A DNA stretch of 64,000 nt from Okamejei kenojei (lineage: Eukaryota): assembly GCA_035221665.1 (NCBI GenBank), contig CM069155.1, positions 29,388,001 to 29,452,000 on the forward strand. The letters run 5' to 3'. This document shows, piece by piece, positions 50,050 to 62,029 of this stretch. Position 1 is the first letter of the stretch; every line of letters starts with the position of its first letter. The translations under genes and the position numbers were made by a program. The notes beneath the pieces are model-generated. The model did not search any database, was not told the DNA's origin, and worked only from the letters and a program-made list of their open reading frames with translations.

Positions 50050-53000
50050 GTGGCCCGGGAGCTGTTGGTGAGGGAGGAACCAAAATCTGTAACGTTCCAA
50101 ATCCATAACGTTCCATTCAATAAACTGGGCTTGAGGAAGCCGCTGATTGGTGGACTTGAGTACGCAGCTGATTGGCAACCAGATTCCAGCAGTTTGTAGT
50201 GTACTGTACTTTGTATTTTGTATTGTATTTTGTATTGTATATTGTATTTTGTGTTGTATCCAGGGTAAGGGAAGTATGAGTGCCAGGGCAGCTTACTGTT
50301 CTGGATGTCAGATGTGGGAGGTCATGAAGTCGGGTAGCCCTCCAGACGTCCACATCTGCGCCAGGTGTGTCGAGATGGGGTTCCTAAAGGAGTGTGTTAG
50401 GAACCTGCAGCAGCAGCTCGATGACCTCGGTCTGGTCAGGGAGAGTGAGGAGGTCATAGAGAGGAGTTACAGGGAGGTAGTCTCTCCAAAACCACAGGAG
50501 GCAGAAAAGTGGGTCACGGTTAGGAGAGGCAAGGGGCAGAGGCGGGGGCTAGAGAGAACCCCAGTGGCTGTACACCTTGAAAATAAGTACTCCTGTTTGA
50601 GTGCTGTTGGGGGCGACAGCCTAACTGGGGGTAGCAACAGCGACCTGGCCTGCGGTACAGAGACCGGCTCTGTTGCTCAGAAGGATAAAAGGAAAAGTAG
50701 AGGAGTGTATTGGTAATAGGGGACTCTATAGTTAGGGGGTCAGATTGGCGATTCTGTGGATGCAGTCCGGAGACCCGGATGGTAGTTTGCCTCCCTGGTG
50801 CCAGGGTCCGGGATGTGTCTGAACGTGTCCAAGATATCCTGAAAAGGGAGGGAGAGGATCCTGAGGTCGTGGTACATATTGGTACCAATGACATAGGTAA
50901 AAAAAGAGAAGAGATCCTGAAAGGAGAATTTAGGGAGTTAGGTAGAGGGTTAAGGAAAAGGACCGCAAAGATAACAATCTCAGGATTACTTCCTGTGTCA
51001 CGCAACAGTGAGAGTAGGAATGGAGCAAGGTGGAGGATAAATGCCTGGCTGAAGGACTGGTGCAGAGGGCAGGGATTCAAGTTTCTGGATTAGTGGAACC
51101 TCTTTTGGGGAAGGAGTGACCTGTATAAAAAGGACGGGTTGCACTTGAACCCGAGGGGGACCAGTATCCTGGCTGGAAATTTTGCAAAGGCTACTGGGGG
51201 GACTTTAAACTAGAACAGTTGGGGGGAGGAAACTCAAATAGAGAAAGCTAGTAGACAGGGTCTGACAGGGTCTGAAGGAGGCAGAGAAGGGAAGCACTCA
51301 GACCCAACATGTAGGGGGGAAAGAAGAAAAAAATAACCATATATAACCATATAACAATTACAGCACGGAGACAGGCCCTCTCGGTCCTTCCAGTCCGTGC
51401 CGACCATTTGTTTTCCCCTAGTCCCATCTACCTGCACTCAGACCATACCCCTCCATTCCCTTCACGTCCATATACCTATCCACTTTACTTTTAAATGTTA
51501 AAATCGATCCTGCCTCCACCACCTCTGCTGGAAGCTCAATAATAAACAGAGAATAAGAGGTGGTGGGTTTCCAGGGCAAAAATCAAAAGGGGCCACTTGT
51601 CAACATAATTGTATAAGGAGTAAGAGTGTTGTAAAAACAAGCCTGAAGGCTTTGTGTCTCAATGTAAGGAGCATTCGTAATAAGGTGGACGCGTTGAATG
51701 TACAGATAGCTATTATTGACTATGCGAAAGTTGGGATCACGGAGACATGGCTCCAGGGGGACCAAGGCTGGGAGCTGAACATCCAGGGATATTCAATATT
51801 CAGGAGGGATAGACAGAAAGGAAAAGGAGGTGGGGTAGCGTTGCTGGTGAGAGAGGAGATTAATGCAATAGAAAGGAAGGACATTAGCTTGGAGGATGTG
51901 GAATCGATATGGGTAGAGCTACGAAGCTCTAAGGGGCAGAAAACGCTAGTGGGAGTTGTGTACTAACTACTAACTACTAACAGTAGTAGTGGAATTGGGG
52001 ATGGCATCAAACATGAAATTAGAAATGCGTGCAACAAGGGAAAAACAGGTATAATGGGTGACTTCAATCTACATATAGATTGGGTGAATCAAATGGGCAG
52101 GGGTGCTGAGGAAGAGGATTTCTTGGAATGTATGTGGGATAATTTTCTAAACCAACATGTAGAGGAACCAACGAGAGAGCAGGCTATTTTAGACTGGGTA
52201 TTGTGTAATGGAGAAGGGTTAGTTAGCAGTCTTGTTGTGCGTGGCCCCATGGGCAAGAGTGACCATAATATGGTTAAGTTCTTCATTAGGATGGAGAGTG
52301 ATATACTTAAGTCAGAAACAAGGGTTCTGAACTTAAACAAAGGTAATTTTGATGGTATGAGACGTGAATTGTCCAAGATAGACTGGCAAGTGATTCTTAA
52401 AGGGTTGACAGTGGATGTGCAATGGATGTTATTTAAAGACTGCATGGATGAACTACAACAATTGTTCATCCCAGTTCGGCAAAATAATAAATCAGGGAAG
52501 GTAGTGCATCCATGGATAACAAGGGAAATCAGGGATAGTATAAAAACAAAAGACAAAGCAAGAAAAAGCAGCCTACCAGAGGACTGGGAGAAATTCAGAG
52601 TCCAGCAGAGGAGGACAAATGGCTTAATTAGGAAAGGGAAAATAGATTATGAAAGAAAACTGGCAGGGAACATAAAAACTGACTGCAAACATTTTTATAG
52701 ATATGTAAAGAGAAAGAGATTTGTTAAAACAAATGTAGGTCCCTTGCAGTCAGAAACAGGTGAATTGATCATGGGGAACAAGGACATGGCAGACCAATCG
52801 AATAACTACTTTGGTTCTGTCTTCACTAAGGAAGACGTAAATAATCTGCCGGAAATAGCAGGGTACCGGGGGTCAAATGAGGTGGAGGAACTGAGTGAAA
52901 TGCAGGTTAGCCGGGAAGTGGTGTTGGGTAAATTGAAAGGATTAAAGGCCGATAAATCCCCAGGGCCAGATAGTCTGCATCCCAGAGTACTCAAGGAAGC

Positions 53001-54457
53001 AGCCACAGAAATAGTGGATGCTTTAGTGATAAGTTTTCAAAACTCCTTAGATTCTGGAGTAGTTCCTGAGGATTGGAGGGTAGCTAATGTAACCCTACTT
53101 TTTAAAAAAGGAGGGAGAGAGGAATTACAGACCATTTAGTCTAACATCGGTGGTGGGGAAACTGCTAGTCAGTTATTAAAGATGGGATAGCAGCACATTT
53201 GGAAAGTGGTGAAATCATTGGATAAAGTCAGCATGGATTTAAGAAAGGTAAATCATGTCTGACGAATCATAGAATTTTTCGAGGATGTAACTAGTAGAGT
53301 GGATAAGGGAGAACCAGTGGATGTGTTATATCTAGATTTTCAGAAGGCTTTCGACAAGGTCCCACATAAGAGATTAGTATACAAACTTAAAGCACACGGT
53401 ATTGGGGGTTCAGTATTGATGTGGATAGAGAACTGGCTGGCAGACAGGAAGCAAAGGGTAGGAGTAAACGGGTTCTTTTCAGAATGGCAGGCAGTGACTA
53501 GTGGGGTACCGCAAGGCTCAGTGCTGGGACCCCAGCTATTTACAATATATATGAATGATTTGGACGAGGGAATTGAATGCAACATCTCCTAGTTTGCGGA
53601 TGACACTAAGCTGGGGGGTAGTGTCAGGTGTGAGGAGGATGCTAGGAGGCTGCAAGATGACTTGGATAGGCTGGGTGAGTGGCAAATGCATGGCAGATGC
53701 AGTATAATGTGGATAAATGTGAGGTCATCCACTTTGGTGGCAAAAACAGGAGGGTAGACTATTATCTGAATGGTGGCAAATTAGGAAAAGGGGAGATGGA
53801 ACAAGACCTGGGTGTCATGGTACACTAATCATTGAAAGTAGGCATGCAGGTGCAGCAGGCAGTGAAGAAAGCTAATGGTATGTTAGCATTCATAGCGAAA
53901 GGATTTGGGTATAGGAGCAGGGAGGTTCTATTGCAGTTGTACAGGGTTTTGGTGAGACCACACCTGGAGTATTGCGTACAGTTTTGGTCTCCAAATCTGA
54001 AGAAAGACATTCTTGCCATAGAGGGTGTACAGAGAAGGTTCACCAGACTGATTCCTGGGATGTCAGGACTTTCATATGAGGAAAGACTGGATAGACTTGG
54101 CTTGTACAGGCTAGATGCAGGAAGATTGTTCCCGATGTTGGGGGAGTCCAGAACAAGGGGTCACAGTCTAAGGATGAGGGGGAATTCCTGTAGGACCGAC
54201 ATGAGGAAAACATTCTTTACACAGAGAGTGGTGAGTCTCTGGAATTCTCTGCCACAGAAGGTTGTTGAGGCCAGTTTCATTGGCTATATTCACGAGAGAG
54301 TTGCATGTGGCTCTTGTGGCTAAAGCGATCAGGGGGTATGGAGAGAAGGCAGGTAGGGGATACTGAGTTGGATGATCAGCCATGATCATATTGAATGGCG
54401 GTGCAGGCTCGAAGGTCTGAATGGCCTACTCCTGCACCTAATTTCTATGTTTCTATG
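50050..54457 (+). mobile_element. Near full-length CR1 LINE, with a reversed ~200-bp LINE 3' end inserted at ~51336-51537
   Basis: ORF1 from ~50277, ORF2 ~51650-54330 with stops and frameshifts, (TTTCTATG)n tail. Confidence 0.95.
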
Positions 54458-54529
54458 TGGGTTGTATTTTTTTTCTGAGGGAGTAAACAGCAAAGATTGA
54501 ATCTTCCTAGCCTTCTCAAAAACACTCAA

Positions 54530-55124
54530 AAGAAAATTGGACCCCGACACAGAATTGATTATTCTAGATACGTCAGAAGCCTGCTCTGAGATTATTTCAA
54601 AGACGTTTCCTCAATTATGGCCTGAAACGGCGAAAAAATGAATACTGAAATTTTGGAAACACACACCTGTCCCTATTCTTAAAATGTGGATTACAAACAT
54701 GTCGGAGACGCTACATCTTGAAAATATTAGACTTGTCTTAGCAGAAAAACTAGAGCATTTTTCGAAGATATGGACAACATTCATTGATTTATTACAAGGA
54801 TAGTATTGTGCAACACAATTTTGGAGTTAAATCTAATTACGGGTTGGGTGATGGGTGGGAAGGGATGAGAGGTAGGTATATCATCACTTTTTTTCTTTCT
54901 GTTTTTGTCGTTTTATTTCTCTATGTCTTCCTTATTTATTTTACTTACTCACTCTTTGGCTACACCACTTTGGTAATCTAGGGGTTCTGTCCTTGCACAT
55001 TTCACTTTTTCTCTCTCTTGCTTTCTCTCTCTTCTTTTCTCTTAACTATAGCTAAAAGTCAAAATTGAAGCTGTACAATAACTGTGTTATGTTACATGCC
55101 GCTGGTTATATTTTTGTACACTTG
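54530..55124 (+). mobile_element. L1-clade LINE 3' end
   Basis: WKHTPVPILKMWITNMSETLHLENIR...FSKIWTTFIDLL* resembles the fish L1 ORF2 C-terminus; T-rich 3' UTR. Confidence 0.7.
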
Positions 55125-55421
55125 NNNNNNNNNNNNNNNNNNNNNNNNNNNNNNNNNNNNNNNNNNNNNNNNNNNNNNNNNNNNNNNNNNNNNNNNNNNN
55201 NNNNNNNNNNNNNNNNNNNNNNNNNNNNNNNNNNNNNNNNNNNNNNNNNNNNNNNNNNNNNNNNNNNNNNNNNNNNNNNNNNNNNNNNNNNNNNNNNNNN
55301 NNNNNNNNNNNNNNNNNNNNNNNNNNNNNNNNNNNNNNNNNNNNNNNNNNNNNNNNNNNNNNNNNNNNNNNNNNNNNNNNNNNNNNNNNNNNNNNNNNNN
55401 NNNNNNNNNNNNNNNNNNNNN
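55125..55421. other. Assembly gap (297 N)
   Basis: N run. Confidence 1.
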
Positions 55422-58400
55422 CCCCTACATAGCCAGATCCAGCATGATATTAAGTCCCCACTCTGCACCGATTGCTGTGAGTGACGTCATCAGGCGCGCG
55501 ACTTACTATGTCTACACAGCGCAGCCCACCCGCGGATAAACCGAAAAGTCGGGCTACCAGGCTGTAACCTGGGGAAGGCCTGACTGAAGCTGCGGGCTCA
55601 GGTAGGACGTTATCCCAAGAAGATGTGATGAAAAAAACGACGAAAAAATTCGGAAGGTGAAGAACTTAAAACTTTTATTGCATGTGAAATTGCTGGTATA
55701 AGGGAAGAAATAAAGCTGATGAATGTTGGTGAAGAAATAAAAAAAATCAAGGAGGAAATGAAGGACTTAAAGCTTGAAATTAATACCAACATTAATACCA
55801 CGACTAAGAATACATCGGATGATTTGAAGAAAGAAATCGCAGAAATAATGATTGGACTGGCAAAGGAGACAAATGATCAAATCTCAAAAATGTGAAAACT
55901 GATTTGGAAGAAATGCTGAATCCTGTGGAACAGGCACTGAACCAACAGACGATTGTCATAAAAGACCTTGAAGAACTAGCCGAAAAAAGTGCTCAGACTA
56001 CAGCAAAGCTTATTACAGAAAATCAACGTCTAACTGAATTACTGGGCAAAATAACCGAGAAATGTACTGAATTGGAAGGTTGCCAGAGGAGACAGAACCT
56101 AAGAATTGCGGGTATTCCAGAAGGGGAAGAGAAAGATCAAGATCCCCGAGATTCACTGCAATTTACTGCAAAAAGTTTTATCTCTGGAAACAAAAGCCTT
56201 TACTAGCCGAGCAATAGAGTGATGAGACGTCAGACAAGACCAAAACGCTCCCCCAAGACAAATGATAATAAAAGTACAGTACGACCACGTCTTGGAGGAG
56301 TTAATGCAAAAAACATCAAGAAACAGAAGTCTTGAATTTAAGGATCAGTATTTATCGAGTACTATCCGGACTGGCAGAGGTTCTCTAGAAATGAAAAGCG
56401 TTTAATGAGACTAAAAACTGGTATCTATTGAGGGAAGTGGAGGTATTTGAAATATGGTACCTGATCTAATCCAGCTACCCTAAGAGTCCACTTACAACAA
56501 GAAGGAACATTTTTTCACCAATCCTGTGGAAGCATTGGACTTTGCCCAGAAGATTAAGGCTTGAGAGGATTTTGCTTGATGCCTCACGATTGAATAAACT
56601 GACTTTGCAGGACTGGATGGAATTGAAGTGGTGACTAAGGAAGCTGGAGAAAGATTTGGATTGGAAACTCTCCCATGGATACTAATAATTAGTATAACTG
56701 CATTACAAATACAAAATAACTAATAAATACTAAAATTATACCGTGGTATCTTTACTAATCAAAATTAATAATTATCACTAATGACTAATGTTGACATAAT
56801 GGTATGATTAGAGTCAAATATAGAGTTTGATTTCATTTGTCCTCTTTGGAAACATTCTTTCTTTTTTACTAGTAATTTTCATTTTTATTTTATTTTTTCC
56901 TTTCTTTTCGTGTTTTTTCTAATTAGATTTTCAAACAAGTTTTAAATATATGTATCTTCACATTTCCGACTATTTTAAAATTTAATGTCCCCGGTAAACT
57001 ATTGCTATGGAATAAAAATGCCAAGAAATAAGGAGCTGGTTAAGTTCGTAACATCAACTACGGAAGTCTTAGATGGTTAGCCACGCTAGTACGGCTAGCA
57101 CTAACTAACTAAAACATATGTAGTTTTTTCCTTTGTGCACATACTAATTTCTTACCCTACCCTCTTTTCTTCTCTATTAATATACTTTATCATTTTTTTT
57201 TCTGTTTGAATGAGTTACAAATTTGATCAAAGGAGATATACACGTGAGAGACATTCAAGGGTCTTAAAATCGTCCTATCGGAAGTTCGGTGTAAGATCGG
57301 GTCTGTCGAACTGAACCATTGCTCATTAATAGACCCCCATAGAACAAAAGATGCAAGATTTCTAAAAATTAATCGGGGATGAAAGGGATAACGTTTAGCG
57401 CTGGAACGATAAAGGTATTAATGAACCAATAAAGAGAGGTAAAGTATTAGCACGATTTAAAAAGCAATTAAAGCTGATGTGATTTTCAATTCAAGAAAAA
57501 CCATTAAAAAAAAAATGCCGACCATAGGCTGAAGCTAAATGGATAGTAAAACATTCATTCTTCTTTACACACAAATAAAAAGGCTAGCCATATTATTACG
57601 TAAAGGCACTTTATTCAAACATACATCAACTATAACTGATAATGATGGCAGATACATTATTGCAATAGGAGAACTAAATGCCCAAAAAATATTTTTGTCA
57701 ATGTATAATGGACCAAACATGATAGTCCACTGTTTTTTAAGAAAATATTTAACATCCCGAAATAGCACAACACAACTTAAACTTTAATATTGGACTGATT
57801 TTAAATTTGTACAATAGATTTTCCTATTCAGACCGATCCACAAGACAAGGAAAACCAATCCCAATCCATTTACTTATTAAATGCATATATGGATACTAGT
57901 AATATTAAAGATGTTTGGAGGAGTAGAAAATCCAACTGGACGAGAATATTCTTTTATTCACCTGTACATAAAACCTAATCAAGTATAGATTAATTTTTGG
58001 TTGACACTAAAGTTAATCTCACTCACTATAATTGAAATACCATAATATTCCAATCTCAGATCTCTTCCCCTTTAACATTATGATTAAAAAAAATGGTAAA
58101 TGGAAAAACGGGGACATGGAAAGATTTCAACCACTAATTTTAAAAAACATAGTAATTCAGAATAATTATAGAACCGATCAAGATTTTCTTTGAATTAAAT
58201 GAAAAACCGGAAAAATCCTCTTCCCTATTATGGGAAACTATTTAAAGCATAAGCCCGTGGAAATATGATTTCTTCTCAAGTCATTTTATAATAAAACGAA
58301 TCGGAGGAACAACAGGAAATTGGAAAAGGAATGAAACAATGGACACAGAGAACGCTAGCAAATCCATCCAAAACAACACAAAATAAATCGCTGCACTGAA

Positions 58401-59008
58401 ATATAAATTAAATAAAATATTCTCAGATCAAGTTGTAAAACTCTATCAATACACCATACATACAATTTGAATTGAGATAAACCCAAAATTATTGGCTCGT
58501 CAATTAAGAAAGATGGAGGGAGAAAAAAAAATAATCCATATGGACTAAAATCATATAATGGCGAACCATTAGAACAACATAAAGATATTAATAGAATTTT
58601 GCAATATTATAAAAAATTCTATTCTGCTAAAACGACAGAAAACAGGATAGGAATAGAAGCTTTAAAAAAATGTACTCTGAAATGGGTTGGATTCACAAAA
58701 ATAGAATCACTAAATGCTGAAATTTCAGTACAAGAAATTGAAGAATCTATCCGATCATTAAATAAAATGTGTAAAATACCGGGACCAGATGGTATTGGCT
58801 CGGAAATTTTTATAAAAGATTTTGATGATCTGATTGCACCACGTCTTAAATATTCTATGAATACCTTATACTCTTCAGAACCTACCCAGAAACGTTAAAT
58901 GAATCTATATAACACCTTAAACCTACATAGACACAGATCTGGATGACCCAGGATCATATAGAGCTAAAGCTCTTTATAAATACTGATCAAAAAGTAGGGG
59001 GGGGGGGG
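55422..59008 (+). mobile_element. L1-clade LINE 5' part (ORF1, spacer, ORF2 endonuclease and start of RT), indel-rich
   Basis: ORF1 motif RRQNLRIAGIPEGEE after a coiled coil; ORF2 endonuclease remnants; KIPGPDG motif. Confidence 0.85.
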
Positions 59009-59508
59009 NNNNNNNNNNNNNNNNNNNNNNNNNNNNNNNNNNNNNNNNNNNNNNNNNNNNNNNNNNNNNNNNNNNNNNNNNNNNNNNNNNNNNNNNNNNN
59101 NNNNNNNNNNNNNNNNNNNNNNNNNNNNNNNNNNNNNNNNNNNNNNNNNNNNNNNNNNNNNNNNNNNNNNNNNNNNNNNNNNNNNNNNNNNNNNNNNNNN
59201 NNNNNNNNNNNNNNNNNNNNNNNNNNNNNNNNNNNNNNNNNNNNNNNNNNNNNNNNNNNNNNNNNNNNNNNNNNNNNNNNNNNNNNNNNNNNNNNNNNNN
59301 NNNNNNNNNNNNNNNNNNNNNNNNNNNNNNNNNNNNNNNNNNNNNNNNNNNNNNNNNNNNNNNNNNNNNNNNNNNNNNNNNNNNNNNNNNNNNNNNNNNN
59401 NNNNNNNNNNNNNNNNNNNNNNNNNNNNNNNNNNNNNNNNNNNNNNNNNNNNNNNNNNNNNNNNNNNNNNNNNNNNNNNNNNNNNNNNNNNNNNNNNNNN
59501 NNNNNNNN
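59009..59508. other. Assembly gap (500 N)
   Basis: N run. Confidence 1.
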
Positions 59509-59599
59509 TAAAAGGCTCCACAGATGTGACTGTGGTTTTGTTATGGTAAGTTGGGGTGAGGGGAAGCGGTGAACGTCATCTAAAGTCTAACTATCAATT

Positions 59600-60090
59600 C
59601 CACTGTCTTAATACATTGAGCTCCCGGTTGTTCGATGCCCACCGAGCGGCCAGCTGTGTAACATGTCTGTCTATAGGCAGATTCTTCCCATCCTGGATTA
59701 GTCCAATGAAGGTTTGTGTCCGTCCGCAAAACTTGAGAAACGGAGTCAGTGGAGAAACTCGACTGAGAGAAGCTCAGTGGAAGGTGCAGATCATTGTGTA
59801 GAGAGATAAGAGAGAGGGGAGAAGCACAGCAGTCTCGGTGCTCCTGGCTGAGGGTTTGCAGGTCCAGATGGAGGCGTTCCCAGCCTCACAATGCTGCTTT
59901 CTGTCGTACGAAAGTCTGGTGTACCACCGTACAGAGAGGTTCAGAGCACAAGTCAACTCGGAAAATTTGGAGTCGTAGTACTTCTGCACTATGGTGTTGA
60001 CATGCGAGCTAAAATCAACACACACAAAATCCTCGCTTAGGTTCCCACAGAGCCGTCCCAGGATGCTGGAGGATGAAGTTCAGGTCCAGA
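59600..60090 (-). mobile_element. Rex1/Babar RT fragment
   Basis: Degenerate VDFSS..NTIV ... VLSPLL.SLYT-type motifs. Confidence 0.65.
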
Positions 60091-60098
60091 TCGGGGAT

Positions 60099-60136
<38 letters not shown>

Positions 60137-60179
60137 GGGGGGGGGGGGGGGGGGGGGGGAGGGGGGAGCGGGGGGGGGG

Positions 60180-61580
60180 GGGAATGAAGCAGTACTTGCA
60201 ATCAAATAAACATTTTCATACAACGCTGAGTTTTGTAAGACTGGCGCATCAACAAATATGAGGTGCGCTATTATTCAATTAGCGGGTGGGCACATTTTGA
60301 GCGATAAGACAGTTCAGCTCAAGCAAGGACATGGGATGGAGTTAAAATGTTTAGGTATTCATGTTATCTGCCTACACTTCTTCCTCCCCTACCACTTTCA
60401 AAATACCCTCTTCCCCTCCTAACCCTTACACGTCTGTTGCCGCCTGCTTTCTTTTCTCCAAGATGAGAGCGCTGTCCCAACTAGAACATACAGAGATGTC
60501 ACTAATTCTGTAGGGAACTAAGACTACCGCCCCCTTTTATCATAATTAACCATCAACATGTCGCATCTGGATCACTGCAAGTTCCTCCCATGATTCCCAA
60601 GCCCACACAGTTGCGACAGGACAGTATTATTATCCCCAAAATTTTCTTCTCCTCCAAACATCACAACTTCCCTTTCCACCCCCTTCCTGTGTACATGCAT
60701 AGACCAATTCCCTTGAAACTCTCTGGTTCCATCATCAGTTCCACGCCACCACCCTCACCGCCCCAGCGACTTTCCTTCGCAACCGCCAGAAGCACGTCAA
60801 TCCTGTCTCCCTTATACACTCCACCCTCGATATATCCCAGTGACCCCGACAGGCGTTTCAGGGGAAGGCAGTATTTACTTGCACCGTACTCCACCTCAGA
60901 GCTATTGTTCGGTGTGGGCTCAATAACTTAGATGGCAAGAGGAACTAGAACTTGGTGGTTCGGTTCGCTGAACACTGTGCACAGTCCGCCATGGCCAAAG
61001 GGGGTCCAATCTCTAGTTGCCGAAATATTTTCCCATCCCATTGAAGAATGGTCTCGACAAACACCGTCCACAATTCCTTCTATCCACAAGATGCTAGCCC
61101 TCACGCGAGTTTCTCCGTTTGTTCGTTTATCGACACCTTCCCGTACTGACCATATCAGTGCTATCGTTGTCAGATGAGCCACATGCAATTGAAAGAACAG
61201 CACACTCAAATCGTCGCTTGGGCAACACTTTCAAAACCCAGGATTAGTGAACTATAGATTTAGATCGTATTACTTCAAGCTACTCTTGCAACCCCCCCCC
61301 CCACCCCAGCCCCTCTCCCATCCTTGTAACCTTGGAAGGATAATCCTTCCCATTATCGCCCTTCCCCCATCCAGCCCAACAATGGTCTATTTTGGGCTCC
61401 ACCCCTTCCTGACATCTTGTGCCAGCCCTGAATATGTTCTGTGCCTTGTCATTACAAACAGTTTCCACCCCGCACCTCTTTCAGTCTGAAGAAGGCTTCC
61501 GATCCGAAATATCACCTATTAATTTTCCTCACAGAGATGCAGCATGACTCGCAGAGTAGTTATTCCAGCATTTTTGTGTT
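60180..61580 (+). mobile_element. Penelope-like element remnant ending in a hammerhead-bearing terminal repeat
   Basis: Paralogous to 35100-35400; terminal CTGAAGA..CGAAA motif at ~61486. Confidence 0.7.
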
Positions 61581-62029
61581 TCACTGTCGGATTAAAGTTT
61601 AGCTAAATTTTTCCCCTACCCTTGTATTTATTTTTGGAGGAATTAATGTATTGTGGTCAGACAATGCATCGATCGTGCCCATCCATATCTGCCATTGAGA
61701 AAGTGATGATACTAACCTTGAAGCTGGTGACCTGCTGAGCTACTTTGGGTTTTTGTGTCTATACTTCAGCAACTATAATCTTGTGTGCCATTCGTGTTAT
61801 ACATCCAAAGGTTGGATCACACGAAGTGTGAAAGATGATATCGTTCCAAGCCTGATGTGCCACATTGCTGACAAACTACATTATTATGCAGAAGATAAAC
61901 ACAAAATGCTGAAGTAAATCCAATGGCCAAGCAGAAACTCTGGACACACAGGATAGGTGCAGCTTCTCTCGCACCAAGCGCCCCAACGCAAATAAGCACC
62001 TGTAGTTCCTGGACTCTGCCGAGGGATTA

